In this document: one piece after another, positions 7,650-15,694 of the stretch
Layout: every line of letters begins with the position of its first letter
Numbering within the stretch: position 1 is the first letter of the stretch
NCBI GenBank assembly: GCA_038826135.1
Contig: JAWBON010000019.1
Coordinates: 1 to 20,790 of the forward strand
Direction of reading: 5' to 3'
Length of the DNA stretch: 20,790 nt
DNA from: Candidatus Odinarchaeota archaeon
GTDB lineage: Archaea; Asgardarchaeota; Odinarchaeia; Odinarchaeales; Odinarchaeaceae
The notes under the pieces: model-generated
What the model saw: only the letters and a program-made list of their open reading frames with translations
Told to the model about the DNA's origin: nothing
Databases searched by the model: none
Translations under genes and position numbers: made by a program

Positions 7650-8729
7650 ATGAGTAAAATAGGTGTAGCAGTATGCGGCGCAACCGGGAGCGTGGGCCAA
7701 AGATTCATAGAACTGTTACAAGGCCATCCCTGGTTCGAGCTTAAATGCATAATGGCTTCTGAGAGAAGTGAAGGTAAAAAATACTCGGAAGCGGTTCAAT
7801 GGATAGTCTCATCTAAGATGCCGGAACAGGTTAAAGACATGGAGATTAAACCACTCTCAACTAAAAGCTTAAAAAACGAGGATGTTAAAATAGTGTTCTC
7901 AGCCCTACCAGCAGATGTAGCCGGACCTGTCGAAGAGGAGTTTGCTAAAGCAGGCTACGCAGTCTCATCAAACGCTTCAGCTCATAGAAAAGACCCTGAT
8001 GTACCGATACTCATACCAGAGGTTAACGCTGAACACATTAAACTAATACCCGTCCAGCGAAAGAAAAGAAATTGGGACGGCCTCATCGTCACCGAGGCTA
8101 ACTGCACAACCACCGGTTTAATAATGCCTTTGAAACCGATATACGACAGTTTCGGCATAGAAAAAGTGATAGTGACAACTATGCAAGCGCTCAGCGGAGC
8201 CGGGCTTCCAGGAGTTCCAAGCATGGCAATCATAGATAACGTAATCCCTTACATAGCTAATGAAGAGGAGAAAGTGGAATGGGAGACGTTAAAACTTTTA
8301 GGGAAATTCGACGGGGATAGAATACTCCCCGCTAACATCAAGGTGAGTGCAAGCTGCAACAGAGTCTTCGTATTAGACGGCCACACTGAATCCGTCCTCG
8401 TGGAGACAACTAGAAAAGCCAGCGTTGAAGAGATTAAAAAAACGCTTGAAGATTTTAAAGGAGAGCCTCAAAAACTGAAACTACCAACAGCACCTAAGAA
8501 TCCGATCATTGTTTTAAACGAGGTAAACCGGCCTCAACCGAGATTTGACAGATGGGCGGGGGAGCCTGAACGCGCTAAAGGCATGGCGGTCTCGGTTGGT
8601 AGAATACGCCCAGACACAGTTTTCGAGAAAGGTGTTAAAATGACTGTTCTATCCCATAATACTGTAAGAGGTGCTGCAGGGGAATCAATACTAAACGCGG
8701 AGCTTTTAGTAGCTCATAAACTAGTGTAG
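7650..8729 (+). CDS. asd: Aspartate-semialdehyde dehydrogenase (archaeal/fungal type)
   Basis: GATGSVGQRF, FSALPADVA, SNASAHR, ANCTT (catalytic Cys), TMQALSGAG, CNRV.VLDGHTE, SHNTVRGAAG. GGAGGT SD. Confidence 0.96.
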   Translation: MSKIGVAVCGATGSVGQRFIELLQGHPWFELKCIMASERSEGKKYSEAVQWIVSSKMPEQVKDMEIKPLSTKSLKNEDVKIVFSALPADVAGPVEEEFAKAGYAVSSNASAHRKDPDVPILIPEVNAEHIKLIPVQRKKRNWDGLIVTEANCTTTGLIMPLKPIYDSFGIEKVIVTTMQALSGAGLPGVPSMAIIDNVIPYIANEEEKVEWETLKLLGKFDGDRILPANIKVSASCNRVFVLDGHTESVLVETTRKASVEEIKKTLEDFKGEPQKLKLPTAPKNPIIVLNEVNRPQPRFDRWAGEPERAKGMAVSVGRIRPDTVFEKGVKMTVLSHNTVRGAAGESILNAELLVAHKLV

Positions 8730-8736
8730 TGAGTTT

Positions 8737-9615
8737 ATGTTGAAAAACCACAGTTTGAACGCGGAGACCAGCCTATACTGTCTAATAGGCAGCCCAGTCT
8801 CCCACTCCCTATCTCCACTAATGCACAATCACGCCTTCCGAAAACTCGGTTTAAACGCAGTTTACATAGCCTTCAACGTGGAGGACAACAAACTCGGTGA
8901 AGCGGTAAAAGGGTTAAGAGCCCTTAACATAAAAGGAGCGAATATTACAATCCCGCATAAAACCAGCGTGATCAAATACTTAGACACCGTGGATGACACA
9001 GCTTTGAGAATAGGGGCTGTTAACACTATTAAAAACATTAACGGAAGACTAGTAGGGTATAATACGGATTGGGAGGCAGCTATTGAACTCTTAAAAGAGA
9101 AAGCGGGAAAACTGCAGGGAAAGAACGCTCTTATAATAGGAGCGGGGGGTGTTGCTAGAGCAATCTTATACGGACTGGTAAAAAACAGTGTTAACGTGTC
9201 AATAACTAATAGAACCATGGATAAAGCCCGCCAACTAATAGTTGAATTAAAAAAACACGTAGGTGAAAAAATCGAGTGCACAGCGTTAAACCCTGAGAAA
9301 ATCAGAGAGAAAATATCAGATTTCCAGATAATCATAAACGCTACACCGCTCGGCATGACACCGAATATAAATGAAACACCGTTAAATACAGACTACTTAA
9401 CCGGTGAAATAATAGTTTTCGACACAGTCTACAATCCGCTTGAAACCCTTCTGATAAAAAAAGCTAAGCAGCAGGGTTCCACTGTAATAGAAGGCTACAG
9501 GATGCTTGTCAAACAGGGAGCGTTATCGTTCAAGCTATGGACAGGCATAGAGCCCCCTGAGAAAGATATGGAGAAAATAGTGTACATGAAGTTGAAGGGT
9601 GATCTTGGTGAATAA
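8737..9615 (+). CDS. aroE: Shikimate dehydrogenase
   Basis: GSPVSHSLSP.MHN, GANITIPHK, GAVNT, GYNTD, IGAGGVARA, NRT, INATPLGM, DTVYNPLET, MLVKQG. Confidence 0.96.
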   Translation: MLKNHSLNAETSLYCLIGSPVSHSLSPLMHNHAFRKLGLNAVYIAFNVEDNKLGEAVKGLRALNIKGANITIPHKTSVIKYLDTVDDTALRIGAVNTIKNINGRLVGYNTDWEAAIELLKEKAGKLQGKNALIIGAGGVARAILYGLVKNSVNVSITNRTMDKARQLIVELKKHVGEKIECTALNPEKIREKISDFQIIINATPLGMTPNINETPLNTDYLTGEIIVFDTVYNPLETLLIKKAKQQGSTVIEGYRMLVKQGALSFKLWTGIEPPEKDMEKIVYMKLKGDLGE

Positions 9616-10480
9616 AAAAGCCTCAGCTATTTCACACGGTGCGATAACTGTGATAAACGCTATAGCGGCGGGATTAGGCTCCGCTATAGGAATAGACCTG
9701 TGGACTAGAGCTGAGGTTGAAATACTAACAGAGGAAAAATATATAAGCAATATTTCAGGTTATGAAGAAGCGGACACCTCGTTAATCGAGAACTGTGTTA
9801 GGAAAGTTTTTGAAAAATTTAATATAAAAGGCTGCGGTGCTAAAATAACCACTTACAGCAATATACCAATCGGTAAAGGTCTTAAAAGCAGCAGTGCAGC
9901 CGCTAACGCTGTTACACTAGCCACTGTTAAAGCGCTTAACCTCAACCTATCCGATATTGAAATAATTAAAATAGGGGTTGAAGCGGCTATACAGTCGAAA
10001 GTAACTATAACAGGAGCCTTCGACGATGCTGCAGCATCATACTTCGGCGGCCTAGTTCTCACAGACAACACTAAATATCAAATAATATTTAGAAAACCGT
10101 TCACGAAAAATGTGAAAGCAGTTCTACTTATACCCGAACAGAAAACGTCAACACGGACAGTTGAATCTATTAATAAAACAAAGCTTATAGGCAAACTCAT
10201 ACCGCACATAGCCGACCTTGTTAGAAAAGACATGGTTGAAGACGCGATGAGTTTTAACGGATTCCTATACGGTGCATGTTATAACACTCCGACGGAGGCT
10301 TTATTCAAAGCTTTTGAAGCGGGAGCTACAGGGGTAAGCGTCTCAGGAACAGGCCCGACCATAGCTGCTTTAATCGACGAGGAGAAAGTAAACTTGTTAA
10401 AAAAAGCGTGGAGCGGGTTTAAAGGCGAGATAAGAGTCACAAATATAAATAACAGTAAAGCTAACGCTGCTATAATATAG
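9608..10480 (+). CDS. aroK: Archaeal shikimate kinase (GHMP superfamily)
   Basis: GAITVINAIAAGLGSAIGID, IPIGKGLKSSSAAANA, TITGAFDDAAASYFGG, SGTGP. Likely GTG 9608 with GGGTGAT SD, overlapping the aroE stop. Confidence 0.95.
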   Translation: MNKKASAISHGAITVINAIAAGLGSAIGIDLWTRAEVEILTEEKYISNISGYEEADTSLIENCVRKVFEKFNIKGCGAKITTYSNIPIGKGLKSSSAAANAVTLATVKALNLNLSDIEIIKIGVEAAIQSKVTITGAFDDAAASYFGGLVLTDNTKYQIIFRKPFTKNVKAVLLIPEQKTSTRTVESINKTKLIGKLIPHIADLVRKDMVEDAMSFNGFLYGACYNTPTEALFKAFEAGATGVSVSGTGPTIAALIDEEKVNLLKKAWSGFKGEIRVTNINNSKANAAII

Positions 10481-10509
10481 GAGGTGAAGGGCGTCTAGAA
10501 AAACAGCCC

Positions 10510-11820
10510 GTGAAAATGGTTAAAGCAACTATTCACCCGGTTAACTCTTTAAAAGGAGAGGTGGAGGCACCCCCATCTAAAAGCCACACCCACCGCATAC
10601 TAGTAGCAGGCCTCCTATCAGAGAATAATATAAAAGTTTATAATCCGCTTATCGCAGGTGACGTTGAAGCTACCATAAACTGTTGCAGATTATTCGGCGC
10701 GGAGTTGAAAATAAAAGATAAGTTAATTGAAATAACTCCACCGGATAAGTTAAACGCTCCGGTAGAGGTTTTAGACGCTAAAAACTCCGGGACAACCATA
10801 CGCTTCATGATGTCGATAGCGGCGATGGCTAAGGGGACAACTCGTCTAACCGGCTCACCGCAGCTTAAAAAAAGACCGATGGAGGACTTAGTAAACGCGT
10901 TAAACACTCTAGGAGCTACCTGCAAATACCTGGAGCGTGAAGGATATCCCCCTATCTCCATAACAGGCAGCGATAGATTAGGCGGAGAGGCTTCAATTCC
11001 AGGAGGCATCAGCTCGCAGTTCATATCCAGCCTATTATTAGCGTTACCAAGATCAACAGTCAACTCTATAATACATATTAAACCACCGGTTAAATCCAAA
11101 CCCTACATAAAAATGACGCTGGAGCTTTTAAGTAAAAGCAGTATAACTATAAAAGCTTCAAAAGACTTTAAAGAATTCATAATACCTGGAAACCAGCATT
11201 ATAATATAAGCGAATACACCGTTCCAAGCGACTGGTCTTCAACCGCTTTCCTACTAGCAGCCGCTGCGATAACTAATTCACCACTAACAGTTACCAACGT
11301 TGACTTCAACTCTATAAGTGCTGATAGAAAGATAATAAATGACCTTGAAAAAATGGGTGTTAAAATAGAAGCAGACGTTGAGAGAAAAATATTGAAGGTA
11401 AAAGAGTCTAAACTGTCAGGTGCTAGAATACACTGCGGTAACTCACCGGATCTTATACCAATATTAGCGGTGATGGCCTCATATGCGAAGGGGACAACAA
11501 TCATTTACGGAGCGGAGCATGTCCGCTACAAGGAGAGTAACCGGCTTTCCACCATAAGGGAGGAGCTTACTAAAATGGGGGTTAAAATCAAAGAAAATAA
11601 AACCGGTTTAACAATAAAAGGCTCAGGTGGAGTAAATCCTTCGAATAATTTAGACTCGCACGGAGACCATAGAATATTTATGTCCCTGTGCATAGCAGCG
11701 CTCAAAGCAGGCGCACCCTGCACCATCAACGGGCTGGAGACATACAGTGACTCCTACCCGAGCTTTATTAAAGATCTTAAAAAAATAGGTGTAAAAGTGG
11801 AGGAGAAGATAGATGCCTGA
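10510..11820 (+). CDS. aroA: 3-phosphoshikimate 1-carboxyvinyltransferase (EPSP synthase)
   Basis: PPSKSHTHR, NSGTTIRF, RPM, SSQFISSLL, PDL.P, KESNR, DHRI. Start may be GTG 10510 or ATG 10516. Confidence 0.96.
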   Translation: MKMVKATIHPVNSLKGEVEAPPSKSHTHRILVAGLLSENNIKVYNPLIAGDVEATINCCRLFGAELKIKDKLIEITPPDKLNAPVEVLDAKNSGTTIRFMMSIAAMAKGTTRLTGSPQLKKRPMEDLVNALNTLGATCKYLEREGYPPISITGSDRLGGEASIPGGISSQFISSLLLALPRSTVNSIIHIKPPVKSKPYIKMTLELLSKSSITIKASKDFKEFIIPGNQHYNISEYTVPSDWSSTAFLLAAAAITNSPLTVTNVDFNSISADRKIINDLEKMGVKIEADVERKILKVKESKLSGARIHCGNSPDLIPILAVMASYAKGTTIIYGAEHVRYKESNRLSTIREELTKMGVKIKENKTGLTIKGSGGVNPSNNLDSHGDHRIFMSLCIAALKAGAPCTINGLETYSDSYPSFIKDLKKIGVKVEEKIDA

Positions 11821-13192
11821 TAACAGTCTTGGAAAAATCTTCAAGATCACAGTATTCGGGGAAAGTCATGGAAACGTTATAGGCGTAGTTGTAGACGGGG
11901 CCCCAGCCGGGTTAAAAATAAGCGATGAAATAATTCAAGCCGAACTGGATAAAAGAAGACCGGGCTTATCAGAAACCTCTACAACACGCTTAGAAGAAGA
12001 CAGGGTGAAAATATATTCAGGTGTATTTAACGGTTTAACAACCGGCGCCCCCATATGTATGATGATAGAGAATAGAAATATCAGAAGCGAAGACTATGAA
12101 GAGTTTAAATCAAAACCCAGACCAGGACATGCAGATCTCACCGCCTATATCAAGTACGGTGGGCTTAACGATTACAGGGGTGGAGGGCAGTTCTCGGGAA
12201 GAATCACAGCAAGCTTTGTAATGGCAGGCGCTATAGCTAAGCAGATACTAGCAGTTAAAAAAATAGATGTCTTAGCCTATACTTATAAAATAGCGAATAT
12301 TACAGCGAATATCCCCGGATTAGATGAGATCAAGGTGAAAAAGAACACAAACCAATTATATTGCCCAGATAGAGAAGCCTCTGAGGAAATGCTTAGAAAA
12401 ATATTAGACGCTAAAAAGGAGGGGGATAGTGTCGGGGGGGTAATCCAGTGTATAGTAACAGGTCTACCCCCGGGTATAGGGGAACCAGTCTTCTCCTCTA
12501 TTGAAAGCGAGATCTCTAAAGCCATCTTCTCAATACCGGGTGTGAAAGGAATAGAGTTCGGCTCAGGGTTTAAAGCAGCGTTAATGAAGGGCTCCGAGCA
12601 TAATGATCCGTTTAAATATGAGAATGGGAGAGTAGTGGCGGAGACGAATAACGCTGGCGGGGTGCTCGGCGGCTTATCAACAGGGATGCCTGTAATATTC
12701 AATGTAGCTGTGAAGCCGACAGCCTCTATAGCTAAAGAACAGTTAACAGTCGACCTTGAAAATAAAGTTCAAACAACTATAAGAGTTAAAGGCAGACACG
12801 ACCCCTGCATAGTACCCAGAGCTGTACCTGTGGTTGAAGCTGTCACAGCGATAGTCATAGCGGACTTGTTAATTCAAGCCGGGTTTATTGAGCAAGTGCA
12901 ACCTTCAGATAAAAAAGACATAAAATATCAGAGGGGATTAATAGACAGGCTTACATTCAAGATACTGGAATTATTCAAGCAGAGAACAGACGCCGCTATG
13001 AACATAGCTAAAATAAAAGCTGAAAAGGAAACCAGTATACGCGATATTGAAAGAGAAAAACAGTTACTAGATGAAGCCGCACTCTATGCTAAGAGAATCG
13101 GTCTACCGGAGGAGGATGCTATCAGCCTCGTTAAAGAATTAATCAGGTTAACGGTTAAATTAGAGGAAAAAACTAGTAAAACAGGCAAGTAA
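11813..13192 (+). CDS. aroC: Chorismate synthase fused to a C-terminal AroQ chorismate mutase domain
   Basis: GESHG, RPGHAD, SGRITA, GDSVGG, GIEFGSGF, VKPTASI, GRHDPC, then an ~90-aa tail with R..ID......L...R....IAK.K......D..RE. Confidence 0.93.
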   Translation: MPDNSLGKIFKITVFGESHGNVIGVVVDGAPAGLKISDEIIQAELDKRRPGLSETSTTRLEEDRVKIYSGVFNGLTTGAPICMMIENRNIRSEDYEEFKSKPRPGHADLTAYIKYGGLNDYRGGGQFSGRITASFVMAGAIAKQILAVKKIDVLAYTYKIANITANIPGLDEIKVKKNTNQLYCPDREASEEMLRKILDAKKEGDSVGGVIQCIVTGLPPGIGEPVFSSIESEISKAIFSIPGVKGIEFGSGFKAALMKGSEHNDPFKYENGRVVAETNNAGGVLGGLSTGMPVIFNVAVKPTASIAKEQLTVDLENKVQTTIRVKGRHDPCIVPRAVPVVEAVTAIVIADLLIQAGFIEQVQPSDKKDIKYQRGLIDRLTFKILELFKQRTDAAMNIAKIKAEKETSIRDIEREKQLLDEAALYAKRIGLPEEDAISLVKELIRLTVKLEEKTSKTGK

Positions 13193-13214
13193 TAATCACG
13201 TGGGGGATTCATGT

Positions 13215-14099
13215 TTGAAACTGGCTGTTTTAGGAGGAGCCGGTAGGCTGGGAGCTTGGATTACAAGATTTTTAATAGCGCACAATATACAGACCGTTAT
13301 AGCTACACCCGATTTAAAGAAGCATAAGCGTTTCATAGATGAACTTGGCTTAGAAGCCTACAGCGACAACGTAAACGCGGTTAAATCAGCGGACGGTGTT
13401 ATAATATCAGTTCCATTAGAGGATACAGTAACAGTTCTAAAAGAGATAACCCCGCATATTAAACAGAACTCGTTTATAATAGAAGTCTCCTCTATAAAGA
13501 CACCGGTTGAAGAATTTCTTAAAGAGAATAGTAAAATCTTGCTTGAAAAAAACATCAGCCTTCTTTCCATCCACCCCATGTTCGGTCCAGGTGCTAAAAC
13601 AATTAAAAGAAAAAATATTATACTAATACCCTACACGGGAAACGAGAATATACTGCGACGCGTTAAAGAGTTTTTACAACGTGAAGAAGCTCGCATAGTG
13701 GAATCAACTTATAGAGAACACGATCAGAAAGTTGCATTCACCCTAGCTCTACCCCACTTCCTAACAATGCTTTTCACCGCGGTTATCAGCAGCAACCAGT
13801 TTAAAAACGATTTAAAAAATTACGCTGGCACCTCATTTAAAATATTAAAGCTTTTATCTGAAAGCCTCCCCTCCGAATCCTGGAAACTCTACTCACATAT
13901 TCAGATGATTAATAATTACACAGTAAACGTATTAGAGAGTTTGAAAACCCACTTCAATAAATTATTCGAAATCATAATAAACAAAGACATAGAAGGATTC
14001 AAACAATTCTGGAATAATAATATACTCCCCGTAGACGATGATAAAACAAACTGGATAAAATCCTATAAGAAAATCTACAATCTCATAGAGAAAATTTAA
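13215..14099 (+). CDS. tyrA: Prephenate (arogenate) dehydrogenase
   Basis: KLAVLGGAGRLG, IISVP, EVSSIK, SIHPMFGP, EHDQ.VA...LPH, GTSF. Likely TTG 13215 after GGGGGAT SD. Confidence 0.9.
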   Translation: MKLAVLGGAGRLGAWITRFLIAHNIQTVIATPDLKKHKRFIDELGLEAYSDNVNAVKSADGVIISVPLEDTVTVLKEITPHIKQNSFIIEVSSIKTPVEEFLKENSKILLEKNISLLSIHPMFGPGAKTIKRKNIILIPYTGNENILRRVKEFLQREEARIVESTYREHDQKVAFTLALPHFLTMLFTAVISSNQFKNDLKNYAGTSFKILKLLSESLPSESWKLYSHIQMINNYTVNVLESLKTHFNKLFEIIINKDIEGFKQFWNNNILPVDDDKTNWIKSYKKIYNLIEKI

Positions 14100-14103
14100 T
14101 ATT

Positions 14104-14122
14104 AAAAATAAAAAAAGAAAAA
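14104..14122 (-). terminator. Oligo-U terminator for trpB2
   Basis: Minus strand reads TTTTTCTTTTTTTATTTTT directly after the trpB2 stop. Confidence 0.65.
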
Positions 14123-14125
14123 ATA

Positions 14126-15433
14126 TTAGTCGAGTTTCAGAACCATCCTGTATCCTTCAATATCCAGCAGCCCATGCCCGCTATAGTTGAACACTATAAC
14201 TTTCTTTTCATTCCGCTTCTTAGCCTCTTTCGCAAGATCTATAGCCGCACATATAGCGTGGCTTGTCTCAGGAGCGGGAATAAGCCCCTCAGTCTCAGCG
14301 AAAAGCTTAGCACACTGATATATCTGCTCCTGCGGATAAGCGACAGATTTTATGAATCCCTCATTCCTCAACAAACTAACAGTAGGCGCTGCACCGTGAT
14401 ATCTTAACCCACCAGCGTGTATCGGAGGAGGGATAAACTCACAGCCTAAAGTGTACATTTTTATTAAAGGCGTTGTTTTAGCAGTATCACCGAAATCGTA
14501 ACGGTACTCGCCTTTTGTAAGAGACGGGCATGCTACAGGTTCAACCGCTAAAACCTCCGGGGAAGATAACTCGTTTCTAAGTATTTTACCAAGATACGGA
14601 AAACTGAACCCGGCGAAGTTACTGCCACCTCCAACACAGCCGATTAAAGAATCAGGGATAAGATCCAGCTTATTCATCTGCTCTATAAGCTCCTGACCGA
14701 TCACAGTCTGATGTAAAATAACATAGTTCAGAACACTGCCTAACGTGTACTTTGTATCCGGGTTTTTAACAGCCATCTCTATAGCTTCACTTATAGCTAT
14801 GCCTAAGGAACCTGGATGATTAGGATCCTTAGATACAAGGCTTCGACCGTAATCTGTTTTATCACTCGGAGAAGCGTAAACATCAGCCCCCAGAAGTTTC
14901 ATAATATATTTACGATACGGTTTCTGATTATACGAGCAGCGGACCATGAAAACCGTGCATTTTATACCAACCATCGCACACGCGTAAGCTAAAGCACTAC
15001 CCCATTGACCCGCCCCGGTCTCAGTGGTTAAGTTTCTCACACCCTCCTTCGCAGCATAGTATGCCTGCGCTATCGCAGTATTCGGTTTATGGCTGCCTGT
15101 CGGGGATAAATCCTCTCTTTTAAAGAATATTCTAGCAGGCGTGTTCAGTCTCTGTTCAAGTCTCTTAGCCCTGTATAGGGGGGACGGTCGACCCAGCCGG
15201 TAATAGTATTCTACCAGATCCTCAGGTATACTAATATAACGCTCCTTCGCAAGCTCCTGCTTCACACACTCCTTAGGGAAAAGATTCATCAAAGCTTCAG
15301 CTGGGATAGGCTCTTTCGAAGCAGGGTTAAGATACGGTGGAAACTCTGATCGTATATCCGCTAATATATTATACCATTTCCTAGGCAACTCATCCAATCC
15401 AAGTTGAACCTTCACATCATTCATATTAGACAT
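14126..15433 (-). CDS. trpB: Tryptophan synthase beta chain, type 2 (stand-alone TrpB2)
   Basis: 435 aa, LP.KWYNI, GSHKPNTA (PLP Lys), TETGAGQWG, GCVGGGSNFAG, PPPIHAGGLRYHG, PAPETSHAI, FNYSGHGLLD. GGAGGT SD at 15445-15440. Confidence 0.96.
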   Translation of the reverse strand: MSNMNDVKVQLGLDELPRKWYNILADIRSEFPPYLNPASKEPIPAEALMNLFPKECVKQELAKERYISIPEDLVEYYYRLGRPSPLYRAKRLEQRLNTPARIFFKREDLSPTGSHKPNTAIAQAYYAAKEGVRNLTTETGAGQWGSALAYACAMVGIKCTVFMVRCSYNQKPYRKYIMKLLGADVYASPSDKTDYGRSLVSKDPNHPGSLGIAISEAIEMAVKNPDTKYTLGSVLNYVILHQTVIGQELIEQMNKLDLIPDSLIGCVGGGSNFAGFSFPYLGKILRNELSSPEVLAVEPVACPSLTKGEYRYDFGDTAKTTPLIKMYTLGCEFIPPPIHAGGLRYHGAAPTVSLLRNEGFIKSVAYPQEQIYQCAKLFAETEGLIPAPETSHAICAAIDLAKEAKKRNEKKVIVFNYSGHGLLDIEGYRMVLKLD

Positions 15434-15503
15434 AATTCAACCTCCAAAATTTTTTAATTTTTAAAAAAATATAGAATTTATCAGCTAACCAGTGCAGTGG
15501 CTT

Positions 15504-15644
15504 CTAAGGCCACAATAACCAGCGCCAAGCCCAGATCCGGCTTAACAAAAAAGCCTCAGATGAAAAAACACTATTTAAAAACAGTTCTACTTTCAAGTAA
15601 GGGTTAACACCACTCGCGCACTGCACTGTTAAAGCTAACTCCAT
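15504..15644 (-). CDS. Putative Trp-rich leader peptide ending LLSRIWAWRWLLWP (46 aa from ATG 15644; 14 aa from TTG 15548)
   Basis: Four TGG codons at 15533, 15527, 15521 and 15512; TAG 15506-15504. In-frame starts: ATG 15644 (AAGGTG SD, 11-nt spacer), GTG 15626, TTG 15596, TTG 15548 (GAGG SD, 5-nt spacer). Confidence 0.65.
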   Translation of the reverse strand: MELALTVQCASGVNPYLKVELFLNSVFSSEAFLLSRIWAWRWLLWP

Positions 15645-15654
15645 TCCAAGGCAT
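15604..15654 (-). CDS. Putative overlapping uORF MPWNGVSFNSAVREWC (16 aa, 2 Trp)
   Basis: First ATG downstream of the trpB2 promoter, stop TAA 15606-15604. The SD is only 1 nt from the ATG, so initiation is doubtful. Confidence 0.3.
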   Translation of the reverse strand: MPWNGVSFNSAVREWC

Positions 15655-15694
15655 ACACCTTACTGAAAGATTAAAAATAAATTAAAAAATGTAG

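Noticed and set aside
4223-13579. Numerous minus-strand ORFs of 65-165 aa opposite the GTPase and aro genes (and plus-strand 11650-11850)
   Set aside because: Antisense or alternate-frame shadows of well-conserved enzymes, with no motifs or SD support.
14100-14125. No plus-strand U-tract after tyrA, suggesting antisense read-through into trpB2
   Set aside because: T-rich stretches inside trpB2 (near 14211) could terminate it. This cannot be judged without 3'-end data.
14174-14407. 77-aa plus-strand ORF inside trpB2
   Set aside because: Antisense shadow with no supporting features.
15450-15468. Perfect AT-only inverted repeat TTTTTTAA-TTT-TTAAAAAA as an operator
   Set aside because: Low complexity. 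A similar T-run/A-run occurs near 19033-19046, so it is not specific. Kept only as part of the U-tract argument.
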